DNA of 64,000 bases from Bacteroidota bacterium (GTDB taxonomy: Bacteria > Bacteroidota > Ignavibacteria > Kryptoniales > JAKASW01), in assembly GCA_021825585.1 (NCBI GenBank), contig JAKAGT010000005.1, positions 31,265 to 95,264 on the forward strand, in the 5' to 3' direction. Of the stretch, positions 39,686 through 50,093 are shown in pieces. A program made the translations under genes and the position numbers. Position 1 is the first letter of the stretch, and every line of letters begins with the position of its first letter. A model generated the notes under the pieces. The model did no database searches. It was not told the origin of the DNA and saw only the letters and a list, made by a program, of their open reading frames with translations.

Positions 39686-40834
39686 CTATTTCTGATCTAG
39701 TATTTCTCTGGCAATCACCAGGCGCTGAATCTCCGACGTACCTTCATAGATTTCAGTAATTTTTGCGTCCCGTAAATATCGTTCGACGGGAAAATCCTTC
39801 AAATAACCGTAACCGCCGTGTATCTGTATTCCTTCGAGCGCATTGTCGACGGCGACCTTCGAAGCAAAGAGCTTCGCCATGGCCGCTTCTTTAGTGAATC
39901 GCTCGCCGCGGTCTTTCTTCAATGCCGCATTAAGCGCAAGCAGATGTGCGGCTTCGATGTTCGTGTGCATCTCGGCTAGCTTGAACTGTATTGCCTGAAA
40001 CTCGTAAAGCAGCTTATCGAACGCTTTTCTCTCACGAACATATTTCAACGATGCTTCGAGTGCTGCGCGCGCGATGCCGATAGCCTGTGCGGCAATTCCG
40101 ATTCTCCCGCCGTCCAGCGTCATCATTGCAAACTTGAACCCGAATCCTTCCTCTCCGATCCGGTTTTCTTCGGGCACCCTGCATCCGTCGAATGTGATCT
40201 GCGCAGTGTCGGAACTTCTTATGCCGAGCTTATGCTCCTTCTTGGAAATGATAACGCCGGGAAAGGCTTTATCGACGATGAAGGCGCTGACGCCGCGGGC
40301 TCCCTTCGACTTATCAGTTGCCGCCATTACAAGCAGAACGTCGGCATTCGCGCCGTTTGTTATGAAGTTCTTGGTGCCGTTCAGCACATACGAATTGCCC
40401 TCGCGCGTGGCGGAAGTCCTCTGGTTTACGGCGTCACTGCCGGCCTCAGGCTCGGAAAGGCAGAACGCACCGAGTAATTTTCCAGAAGCCAAAGGCTTCA
40501 GATACTTCTCCTTTTGCGAAGGAGAGCCAAACTTCTCGAGGCCCCAGCATACGAGTGAATTGTTGACGCTCATTATGACGCCGGCCGAAGCATCTGCCCT
40601 GCTGATTTCCTCCAGCGCCAGCACGTAGCTTACCGTGTCCATCCCGGCCCCTCCGTGCTCGGTCGGAACCATCATTCCCATGAAACCAAGTTCTGCCATT
40701 TGCCGGATCTGTTCGCGTGGAAATTGTTCTTTCTCGTCGCGCTCAGCCGCCCCAGCCACGAGTTCGTTATCGGCAAAATCATGCGCCGCCTGTTTGATCA
40801 TAGATTGTTCTTCGGTCAACTCGAAATCAACCAT
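39686..40834 (-). CDS. Short-chain acyl-CoA dehydrogenase (butyryl-CoA DH-like)
   Basis: CLSEPEAGSD, GTKNFITNG, KLGIRSSDT, LDGGRIGIAAQ, QIHGGYGY, EIYEGTSEIQR. Alternative start ATG 40876. Confidence 0.93.
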   Translation of the reverse strand: MVDFELTEEQSMIKQAAHDFADNELVAGAAERDEKEQFPREQIRQMAELGFMGMMVPTEHGGAGMDTVSYVLALEEISRADASAGVIMSVNNSLVCWGLEKFGSPSQKEKYLKPLASGKLLGAFCLSEPEAGSDAVNQRTSATREGNSYVLNGTKNFITNGANADVLLVMAATDKSKGARGVSAFIVDKAFPGVIISKKEHKLGIRSSDTAQITFDGCRVPEENRIGEEGFGFKFAMMTLDGGRIGIAAQAIGIARAALEASLKYVRERKAFDKLLYEFQAIQFKLAEMHTNIEAAHLLALNAALKKDRGERFTKEAAMAKLFASKVAVDNALEGIQIHGGYGYLKDFPVERYLRDAKITEIYEGTSEIQRLVIAREILDQK

Positions 40835-40875
40835 CTCACCGCTCCTGTTTTGAGTCTGTGAAGTTATGAACGCCA

Positions 40876-41742
40876 TTACGAGGTTTTTGGCTCGTAAGTG
40901 TAAAATCCTCTGCCGGATTTTCTGCCTAAGTAGCCCGCAGCCACCATCTTTTTGAGAAGTGGGCAGGGCCTGTATTTGGGATCACCAGTACCGTGAAAAA
41001 GGACGTTCATTATGTCAAGACAAACGTCGAGCCCGATCAGATCGGCAAGCGCGAGAGGACCCATCGGATGATTCATCCCGAGCTTCATTACCGTGTCAAT
41101 TGCCTCCGCAGATGCAACCCCTTCCATCACGCAGAAGATTGCTTCGTTGATCATCGGCATCAGAATTCGATTGGACACGAACCCCGGGTAGTCCTGTACC
41201 TCTACGGGCACTTTGTCAATCTTGTATGAGAGGTTGCGAACCGTCTCGTACGTCTCATTGGAAGTAGCGATGCCGCGGACAATTTCAATCAGCTTCATTA
41301 CGGGGACCGGGTTGAAGAAATGCATCCCTATCACTTTTTCCGGCTTTGAAGTGGACGCCGCAAGGTCCGTTATTGAAATAGACGAAGTGTTGCTGGCAAG
41401 TACCGTTTCCGGTTTGCATATCTCGCTCAGAGTGTGAAAAAGGTCTTTCTTTACCTTGATATTCTCGGTTGCAGCTTCTATTACGAAGTCCGCGTCCCGG
41501 ACTCCGGATTCCACCGAAGTCGATTGCGATATCCTGCTCAGAGCCTCGTTCTTTTGTTCCTCAGTCAGGATACCCTTGTTCACCTGTCTGTCCATGTTAT
41601 GTCGGACGTACCCCATCCCCCTTTCCACCGCATCCCGTCGAACGTCGATCAAGCTTACGCTGAATTTCGACAAAGCGAGTACGTGGGCTATTCCGTTTCC
41701 CATCGTGCCCGCACCGATAACCGCTACGCTGTTAATCTCCAT
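40876..41742 (-). CDS. hbd: 3-hydroxybutyryl-CoA dehydrogenase
   Basis: [55 protein letters not shown]. Confidence 0.95.
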   Translation of the reverse strand: MEINSVAVIGAGTMGNGIAHVLALSKFSVSLIDVRRDAVERGMGYVRHNMDRQVNKGILTEEQKNEALSRISQSTSVESGVRDADFVIEAATENIKVKKDLFHTLSEICKPETVLASNTSSISITDLAASTSKPEKVIGMHFFNPVPVMKLIEIVRGIATSNETYETVRNLSYKIDKVPVEVQDYPGFVSNRILMPMINEAIFCVMEGVASAEAIDTVMKLGMNHPMGPLALADLIGLDVCLDIMNVLFHGTGDPKYRPCPLLKKMVAAGYLGRKSGRGFYTYEPKTS

Positions 41743-41745
41743 ATT

Positions 41746-42921
41746 CTACCTTTCAATTATTACTCCCGCCGCTTCTCCTCCTCCGATGCAGATCGCCGCA
41801 AGGCCGCGGCGTGAACTGCGCTTCTGCATTGCATAGATAAGCGTCGTTAGGATTCTTGCGCCGCTTGCTCCGATGGGATGTCCTAGCGCAACAGCGCCGC
41901 CGTTCACATCTACTTTCTGTAAATCCAAATCTAATAATTGCCTGACTGCCAGTGAGACTACCGAGAACGCCTCGTTGATTTCGAATAGGTCTATATCTTC
42001 CTTGTTCAGCCCTGTTTTTGCGAAGAGTTTTTGTATAACCGTTGCGGGTGCGGTTGTGAACCATTCCGGCGCCTGGGCGGAAGAAGCCTGGGCAACGATT
42101 TTTGCAAGCGGCTTGACTCCGAGTTCTTTTGCCTTTTCTTCCGACATCAGGACAAGCGCCGCGGCGCCGTCATTCAGTTTGCTTGCGTTGGCCGGCGTTA
42201 CCGTTCCATCCTTCTCGAAGGCCGGTCTCAGCTGCGGTATTTTCTCAAACTTCACCTTGCTCGGCTCTTCGTCTTCGGCGACATACGTCACCGTGCCGTC
42301 TTTTGACTTGATCGGCACAGGAATTATCTCATCTTGGAAATAGCCCTTTTCGATTGCCTCCAGCGCACGTTTGTAACTCGTGGCGGCGAATTCATCCTGC
42401 ACGTCCCGAGGGATATGGCATTCTCGGGCGCAGAGTTCCGCCGCGCTTCCCATATGATAATCGTTGTAAACGTCCCACAGCCCATCCTTCACCATCGAAT
42501 CGACGACCTTCCCGTCGCCCATCCTGTACCCTGATCGCGCCTTGTCGAGCAGATATGGTGCATTGGACATGCTCTCCATTCCACCGGCAACTACGATGTC
42601 GGCCTCGCCTGTCATGATGGTAAGTGCTCCGAGCATCACGGACTTGAGGCCGGAGCCGCAAACTTTGTTGATTGTGGTACACGGTGTGGAGTTTGGCAAA
42701 CCCGCAAATATCGAAGCTTGTCTGGCTGGCGCCTGACCAACCCCCGCAGTCAGGACGCAACCCATGAATACTTCCTCGACCTGCTCAGGAGTAATTCCTG
42801 CACGTCTCACCGCCCCCTGGATAACAAGTGCTCCCAGCTTCGGTGCGGTTTGGCTGCTTAATGCCCCCTGAAAAGAGCCGATCGGAGTGCGACAGGCGCT
42901 CGCAATAACCACCTGTCTCAT
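41746..42921 (-). CDS. thlA: Acetyl-CoA C-acetyltransferase (thiolase)
   Basis: NKVCGSG, NEAF, GHPIGASG, ICIGGG. Confidence 0.95.
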   Translation of the reverse strand: MRQVVIASACRTPIGSFQGALSSQTAPKLGALVIQGAVRRAGITPEQVEEVFMGCVLTAGVGQAPARQASIFAGLPNSTPCTTINKVCGSGLKSVMLGALTIMTGEADIVVAGGMESMSNAPYLLDKARSGYRMGDGKVVDSMVKDGLWDVYNDYHMGSAAELCARECHIPRDVQDEFAATSYKRALEAIEKGYFQDEIIPVPIKSKDGTVTYVAEDEEPSKVKFEKIPQLRPAFEKDGTVTPANASKLNDGAAALVLMSEEKAKELGVKPLAKIVAQASSAQAPEWFTTAPATVIQKLFAKTGLNKEDIDLFEINEAFSVVSLAVRQLLDLDLQKVDVNGGAVALGHPIGASGARILTTLIYAMQKRSSRRGLAAICIGGGEAAGVIIER

Positions 42922-42935
42922 TTGGACCTCCTTTC

Positions 42936-44234
42936 TTAGCTGTTCATTGCCTTAAGGAATTCCTTATTGTTTTTGGTCCCACGCATCTTGTCTAACAAAA
43001 AGTCCATTGCGTCCACTGGAGAGTAATCGCTTAGTATCTTTCGTAACACCCAAATCCTGTTGAGTTCATCGGGCGAGAGGAGAAGTTCCTCGTGTCTGGT
43101 ACTGCTGCGGTTGACTTCTATCGCGGGGAAAATTCTCTTGTCGGCAAGCTCACGCGTAAGCACCACTTCCATGTTGCCGGTTCCCTTGAACTCCTCGAAT
43201 ATGACTTCGTCCATCCTGCTCCCCGTCTCCACCAGCGCGGTGCCAATGATGGTAAGACTTCCGCCCTCTTCGATATTCCTAGCCGCACCGAAGAATCGCT
43301 TCGGCTTGATCAGCGCGTTGGAGTCGATACCTCCCGAGAGTATCTTTCCGCTGTGGGGTACTGTCGCGTTGTATGCCCTGGCGAGGCGGGTTATACTATC
43401 AAGCAGAATAACGACGTCGTTTTTCGCTTCGACCAGTCGCTTTGCCTTCTCGAGTACCATTTCAGCGACCTGAGTGTGTCGCTGCGGCTCTTCGTCGAAT
43501 GTAGAACTGACCACCTCGGCATTCACCGACCGCTCCATGTCGGTCACTTCTTCCGGACGTTCGTCTATCAGAAGGACAATCAACCTCACATCCGGGTGAT
43601 TGCGGGTAATGCTGTTGGCAATTTTCTGCAGCAAGATAGTCTTGCCTGCTTTCGGAGGAGACACGATCATTCCGCGCTGTCCCATACCGATGGGTGCAAG
43701 CAGGTCGATGATTCTCATGGAATATTCACCAGGCACGGTCTCGAGATGGAGCTTTTCGTTGGGATAAAGAGGGGTAAGGTTGTCAAACATCACCCTCTCA
43801 CGTGTGAACTCGGGATCTCTGAAGTTTACCCTTTCCACCCGAAGGAGCGCGAAGAACTTCTCTCCCTCTTTAGGCGGCCTGATTTGTCCGCTGACCGTGT
43901 CTCCAGTCATCAGACCGAATTTCTTGATCTGTGAAGGAGAAACATATATGTCATCCGGCGATGATAAATAGTTATACTTCGGAGAACGAAGGAATCCATA
44001 ACCGTCGCCGTGGACGTCGAGAACGCCGGCGCTGACCGATATGCCCGGTGATTCAGGCTGCACCTGTGCCTCGGCGCGGGGAGCTTCCTTGACGGCCGTG
44101 CTCTGCTTCTCCATGATTTTGAAAATCACTTCCTCTTTCCTGAGGCCACTATAGCCGGGAATCTCCAATTCTCTTGCCAACTTATGCAATTCTGCCACTT
44201 TCATTCCCTGCAGCTCTGCAAGATCTACAGTCAT
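42936..44234 (-). CDS. rho: Transcription termination factor Rho
   Basis: [47 protein letters not shown]. Confidence 0.99.
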   Translation of the reverse strand: MTVDLAELQGMKVAELHKLARELEIPGYSGLRKEEVIFKIMEKQSTAVKEAPRAEAQVQPESPGISVSAGVLDVHGDGYGFLRSPKYNYLSSPDDIYVSPSQIKKFGLMTGDTVSGQIRPPKEGEKFFALLRVERVNFRDPEFTRERVMFDNLTPLYPNEKLHLETVPGEYSMRIIDLLAPIGMGQRGMIVSPPKAGKTILLQKIANSITRNHPDVRLIVLLIDERPEEVTDMERSVNAEVVSSTFDEEPQRHTQVAEMVLEKAKRLVEAKNDVVILLDSITRLARAYNATVPHSGKILSGGIDSNALIKPKRFFGAARNIEEGGSLTIIGTALVETGSRMDEVIFEEFKGTGNMEVVLTRELADKRIFPAIEVNRSSTRHEELLLSPDELNRIWVLRKILSDYSPVDAMDFLLDKMRGTKNNKEFLKAMNS

Positions 44235-44408
44235 CGAAAACTACCTCCTAAAGAAATTTGAATTACTTTTGAAATGTTGAGTGAAATCCTGAATAGCGGT
44301 GCATTTGCACCATCGGATGAAATCCTGTTGTGCGATCTATTTACCCTTCATCGGGTCAGGTCCGAAGGATCCTGGGGATTGGAATTCCCAAAAAGGAGTT
44401 GATTTAAT

Positions 44409-45713
44409 CTAGAGACTCTCAAAGTCTAACACGGTCTTTTCCATTAGGGGCAATGTCTCGCCTGCCAGATAATGGGATCCCGAAATCAAAAGAAAACTAT
44501 CGCCGCTGGCTTGGTTCAATGCAACTCTCAGTGCATCAGTGGAATTGTCAAACACTGGCGCCTTTAATTTAATATCATCTGCTAATTTGTTCAACTCTGC
44601 AACATTAAGGGATCGCCCTACTTGAAGCTGCGTCAAGATAATAGTTGTAAACCTTTCCCGCAAGATATTCAGCATCGTTTTGGCGTCTTTGTCCCTCATG
44701 GCGGCAAATAGCAAAACACCCGCTTTCCCTTCGAATTCAGACAAACTCTCGAACACGGCCTGAATTCCGTCGGGATTATGACCGACATCGAGGATTACCA
44801 GAGGGTCCTGTGATATAACTTCGAGCCTCCCTCGAATTCCCGTATTTTTCCTTATCCCTTCAAATCCTTCGTAGATTGCCTTTTTCTCGACCCTTATTCC
44901 TGAATTGCCCATTAGATGCAGAGCCGCGAGTGCGGTCGCCGCATTCTTGATCTGGTGCCTTCCGCCAAGTCCAAACTTGAGGTTTGGGTAACCAATTCCG
45001 AACACTTCGCCATCAAATGAGGAACTCGCAACGTCGCTGCCGGTGACCAGGCATCTGCAAACATCCTCAACAAAATAGATCGAAGAAGCATTGTCGGACG
45101 CAGAGCGTTTAAAGACGTTCCTGACCGACTCCTGGTTCACATTGACCACCGCAGGACGTCCCCGTTTTATTATTCCCGCCTTTTCAAACGCGATTTGTTC
45201 CACCGTATTCCCTAGAATCTCCGTATGGTCCAATCCGATTCCGGTGACGACGGAAACGATGGGGTCGATTATGTTCGTGGCATCGAGTCTGCCGCCGAGG
45301 CCTGTCTCCAGAATCGCATAGTCAACCTGCTTGTCAAGAAAATACTTGAACATAATCGCGGTCAGAGACTCGAAGTAAGTGGCTCTTATGTCGATAATTT
45401 TCGGCTTGAAGAACTCAGTCAAGTCCGCAACTTCGGCTTCGCTTATCTGTCTGCCGTCTATTTTGATACGCTCGTTCAGGCTGACGATATGAGGAGAAGT
45501 GTAGAGCCCCGTACGGTAACCCATCGAAGTCAGTACGCTGGCGATAGCGGCGCAGGTGCTTCCTTTGCCGTTGGTACCCGCCACGTGTACCGCTTTCAAC
45601 CCCAAATGAGGATTCCCGGAGTATTCCATCAGCGACCTGATATTCTCCAGGTCCATCTTCATCCCGAATGTCTCGAGTGAAAATAGAAAACTAATGGCTT
45701 CTTCTGGTTTCAA
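44409..45713 (-). CDS. folC: Bifunctional folylpolyglutamate synthase/dihydrofolate synthase
   Basis: VAGTNGKGST, YTSPH, ETGLGGRLDATN, EKAGIIK, DVGHN. Confidence 0.97.
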   Translation of the reverse strand: MKPEEAISFLFSLETFGMKMDLENIRSLMEYSGNPHLGLKAVHVAGTNGKGSTCAAIASVLTSMGYRTGLYTSPHIVSLNERIKIDGRQISEAEVADLTEFFKPKIIDIRATYFESLTAIMFKYFLDKQVDYAILETGLGGRLDATNIIDPIVSVVTGIGLDHTEILGNTVEQIAFEKAGIIKRGRPAVVNVNQESVRNVFKRSASDNASSIYFVEDVCRCLVTGSDVASSSFDGEVFGIGYPNLKFGLGGRHQIKNAATALAALHLMGNSGIRVEKKAIYEGFEGIRKNTGIRGRLEVISQDPLVILDVGHNPDGIQAVFESLSEFEGKAGVLLFAAMRDKDAKTMLNILRERFTTIILTQLQVGRSLNVAELNKLADDIKLKAPVFDNSTDALRVALNQASGDSFLLISGSHYLAGETLPLMEKTVLDFESL

Positions 45714-45941
45714 CTTGTTTCCTTACTAGATCGAACAAAAAACATCATCTCAGGGTTCTCTGCAGGTGCACACGTCAAATTCGGCTCCAGGTAGAAACAG
45801 GATTCGATCTCCCCTTCTCACACCGCGTCAAACGCCGCGGTCGATTCACAGCTCTGATTAGTCCAATGACAGGCTAACACAAACTGTACATAAGAGTATC
45901 CGGGAAAGCACAGCAGACATTCCAAAGAACATGGTTCTTGG

Positions 45942-46880
45942 TTAGTGCGCGGATACCTTCTCAACGCCGGTATTCAGACTACCGATGAGATCAGAAATAT
46001 GCTCCAGCTTCGAGCTAGAAACATAACTCTCAATGCCGCTCAACAGTTCCTCGGGGACGTTCGGTTTGGCGAACAAAACAGTCCCTAATTCCACTGCGGA
46101 GGCGCCTGCAATCAAGTACTCTATGACATCCTGCCATGTGAAGATTCCGCCGCTCGCTACTATGGGAATGTCCACGGATTTGGTCACCTCATATACCTTG
46201 GCCATCGTAAGCGGTTTTATGGCCGGTCCGGACAATCCTCCGGTAACAGTGTGGATCTTCGGCGCGCGTTTGTAAATGTCAATTGCCATTCCAACATAAG
46301 TGTTTGCCACTGTGACCGCGTCCGCTCCCTCGCCTTCCGCGGCCCTTGCCAGTTCACTTATGCGGGTAACATTCGGCGTCAGCTTGACCAGGAGCGTCTT
46401 TGGAAATACATTCCGAACCAGGCGCGTTATTGTACCGAGCATCTTCGGGTCGCTGCCGAATTCGATTCCGCCCTCTTTCACATTCGGGCATGAGAGGTTG
46501 ATCTCGAGGCCTTGGACATCTTCCTCATCTGAAAGCATCTCGGCAAGCGACAGATAGTCCTCAGCCCGCTTGGCAGCTATGTTTGCAATTATCGTAGCGC
46601 CGGATTTCCTGAGTTTCGGAAGTTTTTCGGAGATGAACCGCTCCACCCCGATATTTGCCAGCCCAATCGAATTGAGCATGCCGCAAGCGACCTCTGTCAC
46701 CCGCGGTGGCTCATTGCCGATCTTAGGTTTGAGGGTCAGTGATTTCGATACCACCGCGCCCAAAGCAGCGACATCGAAATAGTTTCCGAGCTCATCCCCG
46801 TATCCGGACGTACCTGACGCGGTCATAAGCGGATTCTTCAGTTCCAGTTTTCCGATGCCGATTTTAAGATGTGTCTTCAT
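45942..46880 (-). CDS. pyrD: Dihydroorotate dehydrogenase class 1B, catalytic subunit
   Basis: TASGTSG, NSIGLAN, EINLSCPN, KLTPNV, GGLSGPAIKP. Confidence 0.96.
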   Translation of the reverse strand: MKTHLKIGIGKLELKNPLMTASGTSGYGDELGNYFDVAALGAVVSKSLTLKPKIGNEPPRVTEVACGMLNSIGLANIGVERFISEKLPKLRKSGATIIANIAAKRAEDYLSLAEMLSDEEDVQGLEINLSCPNVKEGGIEFGSDPKMLGTITRLVRNVFPKTLLVKLTPNVTRISELARAAEGEGADAVTVANTYVGMAIDIYKRAPKIHTVTGGLSGPAIKPLTMAKVYEVTKSVDIPIVASGGIFTWQDVIEYLIAGASAVELGTVLFAKPNVPEELLSGIESYVSSSKLEHISDLIGSLNTGVEKVSAH

Positions 46881-46881
46881 T

Positions 46882-47661
46882 TCAAATCGCCCCCGTAGCC
46901 ACTTCTATCTCATTCGTATCGAATACCGGGCCATCCTTGCATGCGAGGTAGTATCCGGTTCCGTCCTTCTTCCTGACCGGGCATCCCTGGCAGAGTCCCA
47001 TCCCGCATGCCATCGGTGTCTCGACGGAAATGTAGGTCCGGACCTTCTCCCCAAACTCCCGTTGGACACTTGCGAGCATAGGTGAAGGTCCGCAGGCAAA
47101 AATCTTGTCGGGTCTGTCCTTTTTCATCTTGAGTTTGAGAAGTTCGACCACGGTGCCATGAAAACCCGCAGACCCATCATCAGTAGCAAATTCAATTTGA
47201 ATGTTATCGAAGTGCATAAGCTGTTTCATGGTCCTTGCGCCGTAGAAGGCCTCAGGAAAGGCACCAGAGTCGATAGCAGAAGTGATTACGATAGGGAGAA
47301 CAGCTGCCCCGGATCCCCCGACAGCGAGCCAGACCTTCTCTCCTCGCGCTAACTCCGGGAATCCCCTTCCGAGAGGCCCATTCAAAATGACCTCCTCGCC
47401 ATTGCGCAGCTTCGAGAGGAGTCTGGTCCCCTTGCCAACCGCTACGTAAAATAAAACTACGCCGTCGCCTTTCACTTCACAGACCGAGAAAGCCCGCGGA
47501 AGCAGCGGATCAAGCGAACCCGGAAAACTAAGCATTACAAACTGTCCGGGCTTCACTGCAGCGGAGATTTTGGGAGAACTGAACTCTGTCAAGAAGGTGT
47601 GTGGGGCAACTTCAAGTGTTTTGATCACTGAAGCATATTCGAGGAATTGATTTGTCGGCAA
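46882..47661 (-). CDS. pyrK: Dihydroorotate dehydrogenase electron-transfer subunit
   Basis: PGQFVML, RAFS, GPLGRGF, ACGPSPM, MACGMGLCQGC...C (2Fe-2S); 1 bp from pyrD. Confidence 0.93.
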   Translation of the reverse strand: MPTNQFLEYASVIKTLEVAPHTFLTEFSSPKISAAVKPGQFVMLSFPGSLDPLLPRAFSVCEVKGDGVVLFYVAVGKGTRLLSKLRNGEEVILNGPLGRGFPELARGEKVWLAVGGSGAAVLPIVITSAIDSGAFPEAFYGARTMKQLMHFDNIQIEFATDDGSAGFHGTVVELLKLKMKKDRPDKIFACGPSPMLASVQREFGEKVRTYISVETPMACGMGLCQGCPVRKKDGTGYYLACKDGPVFDTNEIEVATGAI

Positions 47662-47669
47662 AATGCTCC

Positions 47670-49820
47670 CTAATGCTTTGTCGAGTCTTTCAGGATGTGA
47701 GTATGAGTTTCGGCAGAATCTATTGGTAGTTGTTTTAACCTCTGAACCGCATCGGGTCCCTGGTTGCCTGGAGGTATTTGCCCCACAGGCTTCTTCGCTG
47801 AATCTTCCTCCCGCAACAGTTTGAGGCGATTTTTCATTACGGCGATCGAATCAACGGTAGATTGTTTCGGCTCTGGGATCGGATTTGCCTTCTGACCCGG
47901 CGGTGGAACTGTCTGCGGGGCGCCTTTGGCTGCCTGGGGCGAATTCAACTTTGACAGGCTGTCCTTTCGGGCCATTTCCCGGCGCTGCCTCGCAGCCGCA
48001 CTGTCGAATTGGGCCTGCTCATAACCGGTCAGAGCCAGCGCAACTTGGGATGTGAAATTGCTGGACGGATATTCAGTCTGAAGTCGTTTGTAGTAGACAA
48101 ACGCGGAGTCGGGCTCTCTTAATTCATGTTCGTACACCCACCCAACGGCATAGAGCGCCTGCGGCCCCATCGGCACGGGATGGCTTTCGGCAAGCCTTCT
48201 AAGCGTTGTCAAAGCTGAATCGGGGTCGTCCTTGTTTACGAGCTCGATTGCCTGATCATATTGAACCTGCGATGAGTCGACCTTTACCGTTGGAGGGGGC
48301 AATCCCAGTAGCTGGCTGGCGGACGACGCAAACTCAGACTCAGGGTGTTCCTTTATAAGCTCCTGCAGGTACTTCTGACCATCGGCCGAATCACCTGTGG
48401 AATAATAATATTCGCCGAGTGTATAAAGTGCGGAGGGATATTCCCTCGATCTATTAAATTTTTTGACGATGATTTTGTACGAGACGATTGCCGAATCAGG
48501 GACACGGAGCCTGAACATATAATAACCCGCCAGGTCTTTTCGCGCCTGGGCTGCGTGTTCGTAAAGCGAGTCTAGATTGGCCGCCGATTGAGCAGTTACG
48601 GAATCCTTTTTCCTTTCCTCCGCACGCGCACGGTCGTAAAGGCTGTCCGTCAACGCCACTCTGTAACCCCTTATGAAATAGTCCTGCAAAGTCATTGCCA
48701 TTTCCCTGGATCGATCACTTATGCCCACCACCGAAGGGTGTCCCGAACATTTCTGGAAGTACTTCAATGCAGTCTGGTAGTCTCCCACCTTCCGGAGATA
48801 AATATTCCCGAGCCTGTATGTGCTTCTGGTCGATGCCTCATTTGTCGAATACGCGGTATCGAGCCTCTGAAACGTCTGAACCGCTGTAGAAACTTCTCCT
48901 GAATCATAGAGGACCGCGGCTCTTTGGTATTCGAGGAGAGGGAAAAATTGGAAGAACTTGTCGTCTCCTCTCAGTTGTGCGACGTCCTCAAGTGCCAGGC
49001 TGAAACGTCCCTGTAATTTTTCTGCTCTAGCCAGGTAATACCTCGAATAAAATCGCAAACGCACATCATGTGCTTCTGACCATGCTTTTTGATACGCCCG
49101 CTGTGCCTGGAGATAACGACCGACAGCCATCAGGAGATTTCCTGCCCTGCAAGCGTAAATAGCCGACTCGTCGCCATTGGATTGAGTGGCTGCGGTATCC
49201 AGGTAAGCAGCCGCTTTGACTGTATCTCCCCTGTTAAGGTAGTAATCAGATAAGACTTGTGAGCACTTCATCAGGACCGCTTGATTTTTCTCCTTGTGGG
49301 CAAGAACCTGCGCGTCTTCGATTGTCTTCAGTCCCTGATCGTAATTCATTCCCCTTATCAGCATACTACCGTAGTACATCTGAGCTTCCGCAATTCTGTT
49401 GCTCTTCGGGAAAGTGGCCTCTGCTTCGACGAACTTCCTCTGGCCTTGCAGATTGTCACCTTCATAGTAGTAGCTGATGCCTATCAAGAAAAGACAGTCT
49501 TCCGTGAACTCCGACTTTGGATACAACTGGAGGACCTTGGAAGCCTTGGCGATTGCAAGATCGAAATTCTGCCGGCTCGTGGGACTAATCTGAAAAGTAG
49601 TCTGGACACTCCCTGCAATTTGATTTATTTGATATTCTCTCTGGCTGGTCTTGACATCAAGCAGCGCCTTCTCGAAAGCTGTCTGTGCATTATAATAAGT
49701 ATTGAAGTATGCAGAGAAATTCGTGTAGCCCTGCTGCACATATCCCCACATGAAGCAGCCGCTGAAGATTGCTGACGCTGAGATCAGACCGATTAGGATG
49801 AAGTAGACTCTTGTTCGCAC
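47670..49820 (-). CDS. Large TPR lipoprotein (possibly SprE/PorW-like)
   Basis: Lipobox IFSGC, FNTYYNA motif, many TPR-like repeats (ALYTLGEYY, ALYAVGWVY), Pro/Gln-rich tail. Confidence 0.8.
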   Translation of the reverse strand: MRTRVYFILIGLISASAIFSGCFMWGYVQQGYTNFSAYFNTYYNAQTAFEKALLDVKTSQREYQINQIAGSVQTTFQISPTSRQNFDLAIAKASKVLQLYPKSEFTEDCLFLIGISYYYEGDNLQGQRKFVEAEATFPKSNRIAEAQMYYGSMLIRGMNYDQGLKTIEDAQVLAHKEKNQAVLMKCSQVLSDYYLNRGDTVKAAAYLDTAATQSNGDESAIYACRAGNLLMAVGRYLQAQRAYQKAWSEAHDVRLRFYSRYYLARAEKLQGRFSLALEDVAQLRGDDKFFQFFPLLEYQRAAVLYDSGEVSTAVQTFQRLDTAYSTNEASTRSTYRLGNIYLRKVGDYQTALKYFQKCSGHPSVVGISDRSREMAMTLQDYFIRGYRVALTDSLYDRARAEERKKDSVTAQSAANLDSLYEHAAQARKDLAGYYMFRLRVPDSAIVSYKIIVKKFNRSREYPSALYTLGEYYYSTGDSADGQKYLQELIKEHPESEFASSASQLLGLPPPTVKVDSSQVQYDQAIELVNKDDPDSALTTLRRLAESHPVPMGPQALYAVGWVYEHELREPDSAFVYYKRLQTEYPSSNFTSQVALALTGYEQAQFDSAAARQRREMARKDSLSKLNSPQAAKGAPQTVPPPGQKANPIPEPKQSTVDSIAVMKNRLKLLREEDSAKKPVGQIPPGNQGPDAVQRLKQLPIDSAETHTHILKDSTKH

Positions 49821-49921
49821 TGCTATTACCGACTAAAATAGTGCTGCGCCGAAGTCAAAATCAAGCCGGTCATTAGTTTTTATTCGATCGGTCGATCGCC
49901 TCCCCTTCCCGTCGAGTCAGT

Positions 49922-49943
49922 ATGCGATGCGCGCGCATCGCAT
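49922..49943. repeat. Perfect 22-bp palindrome in a divergent intergenic region
   Basis: ATGCGATGCGCGCGCATCGCAT equals its own reverse complement. Confidence 0.85.
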
Positions 49944-50093
49944 TGCAGAAAAGCCGTCTCTGGGTTAACTTCTGAAGCCAATCAACATCATGAGATATGG
50001 ATCCCGCATTTGACATCACTTGTCATACTGAATAATGGGTGGCCCCCGATTGATGGAAATGACCCTTGGAGAATCTATTACATGGAGGTGTGA

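Noticed and set aside
44352-44380. GTCAGGTCCGAAGG resembling SRP RNA domain IV
   Set aside because: It lacks the following GGAAGCAGC motif and a surrounding long stem.
45730-45860. SAM-I-like (CCTGCAG..CTG.AGATGA) or yybP-like (AAGGGGAG..GAGAACCCT) riboswitch before folC
   Set aside because: Only fragments match; the GAGGGA kink-turn/GCAACC and GAGUAGC cores are absent.
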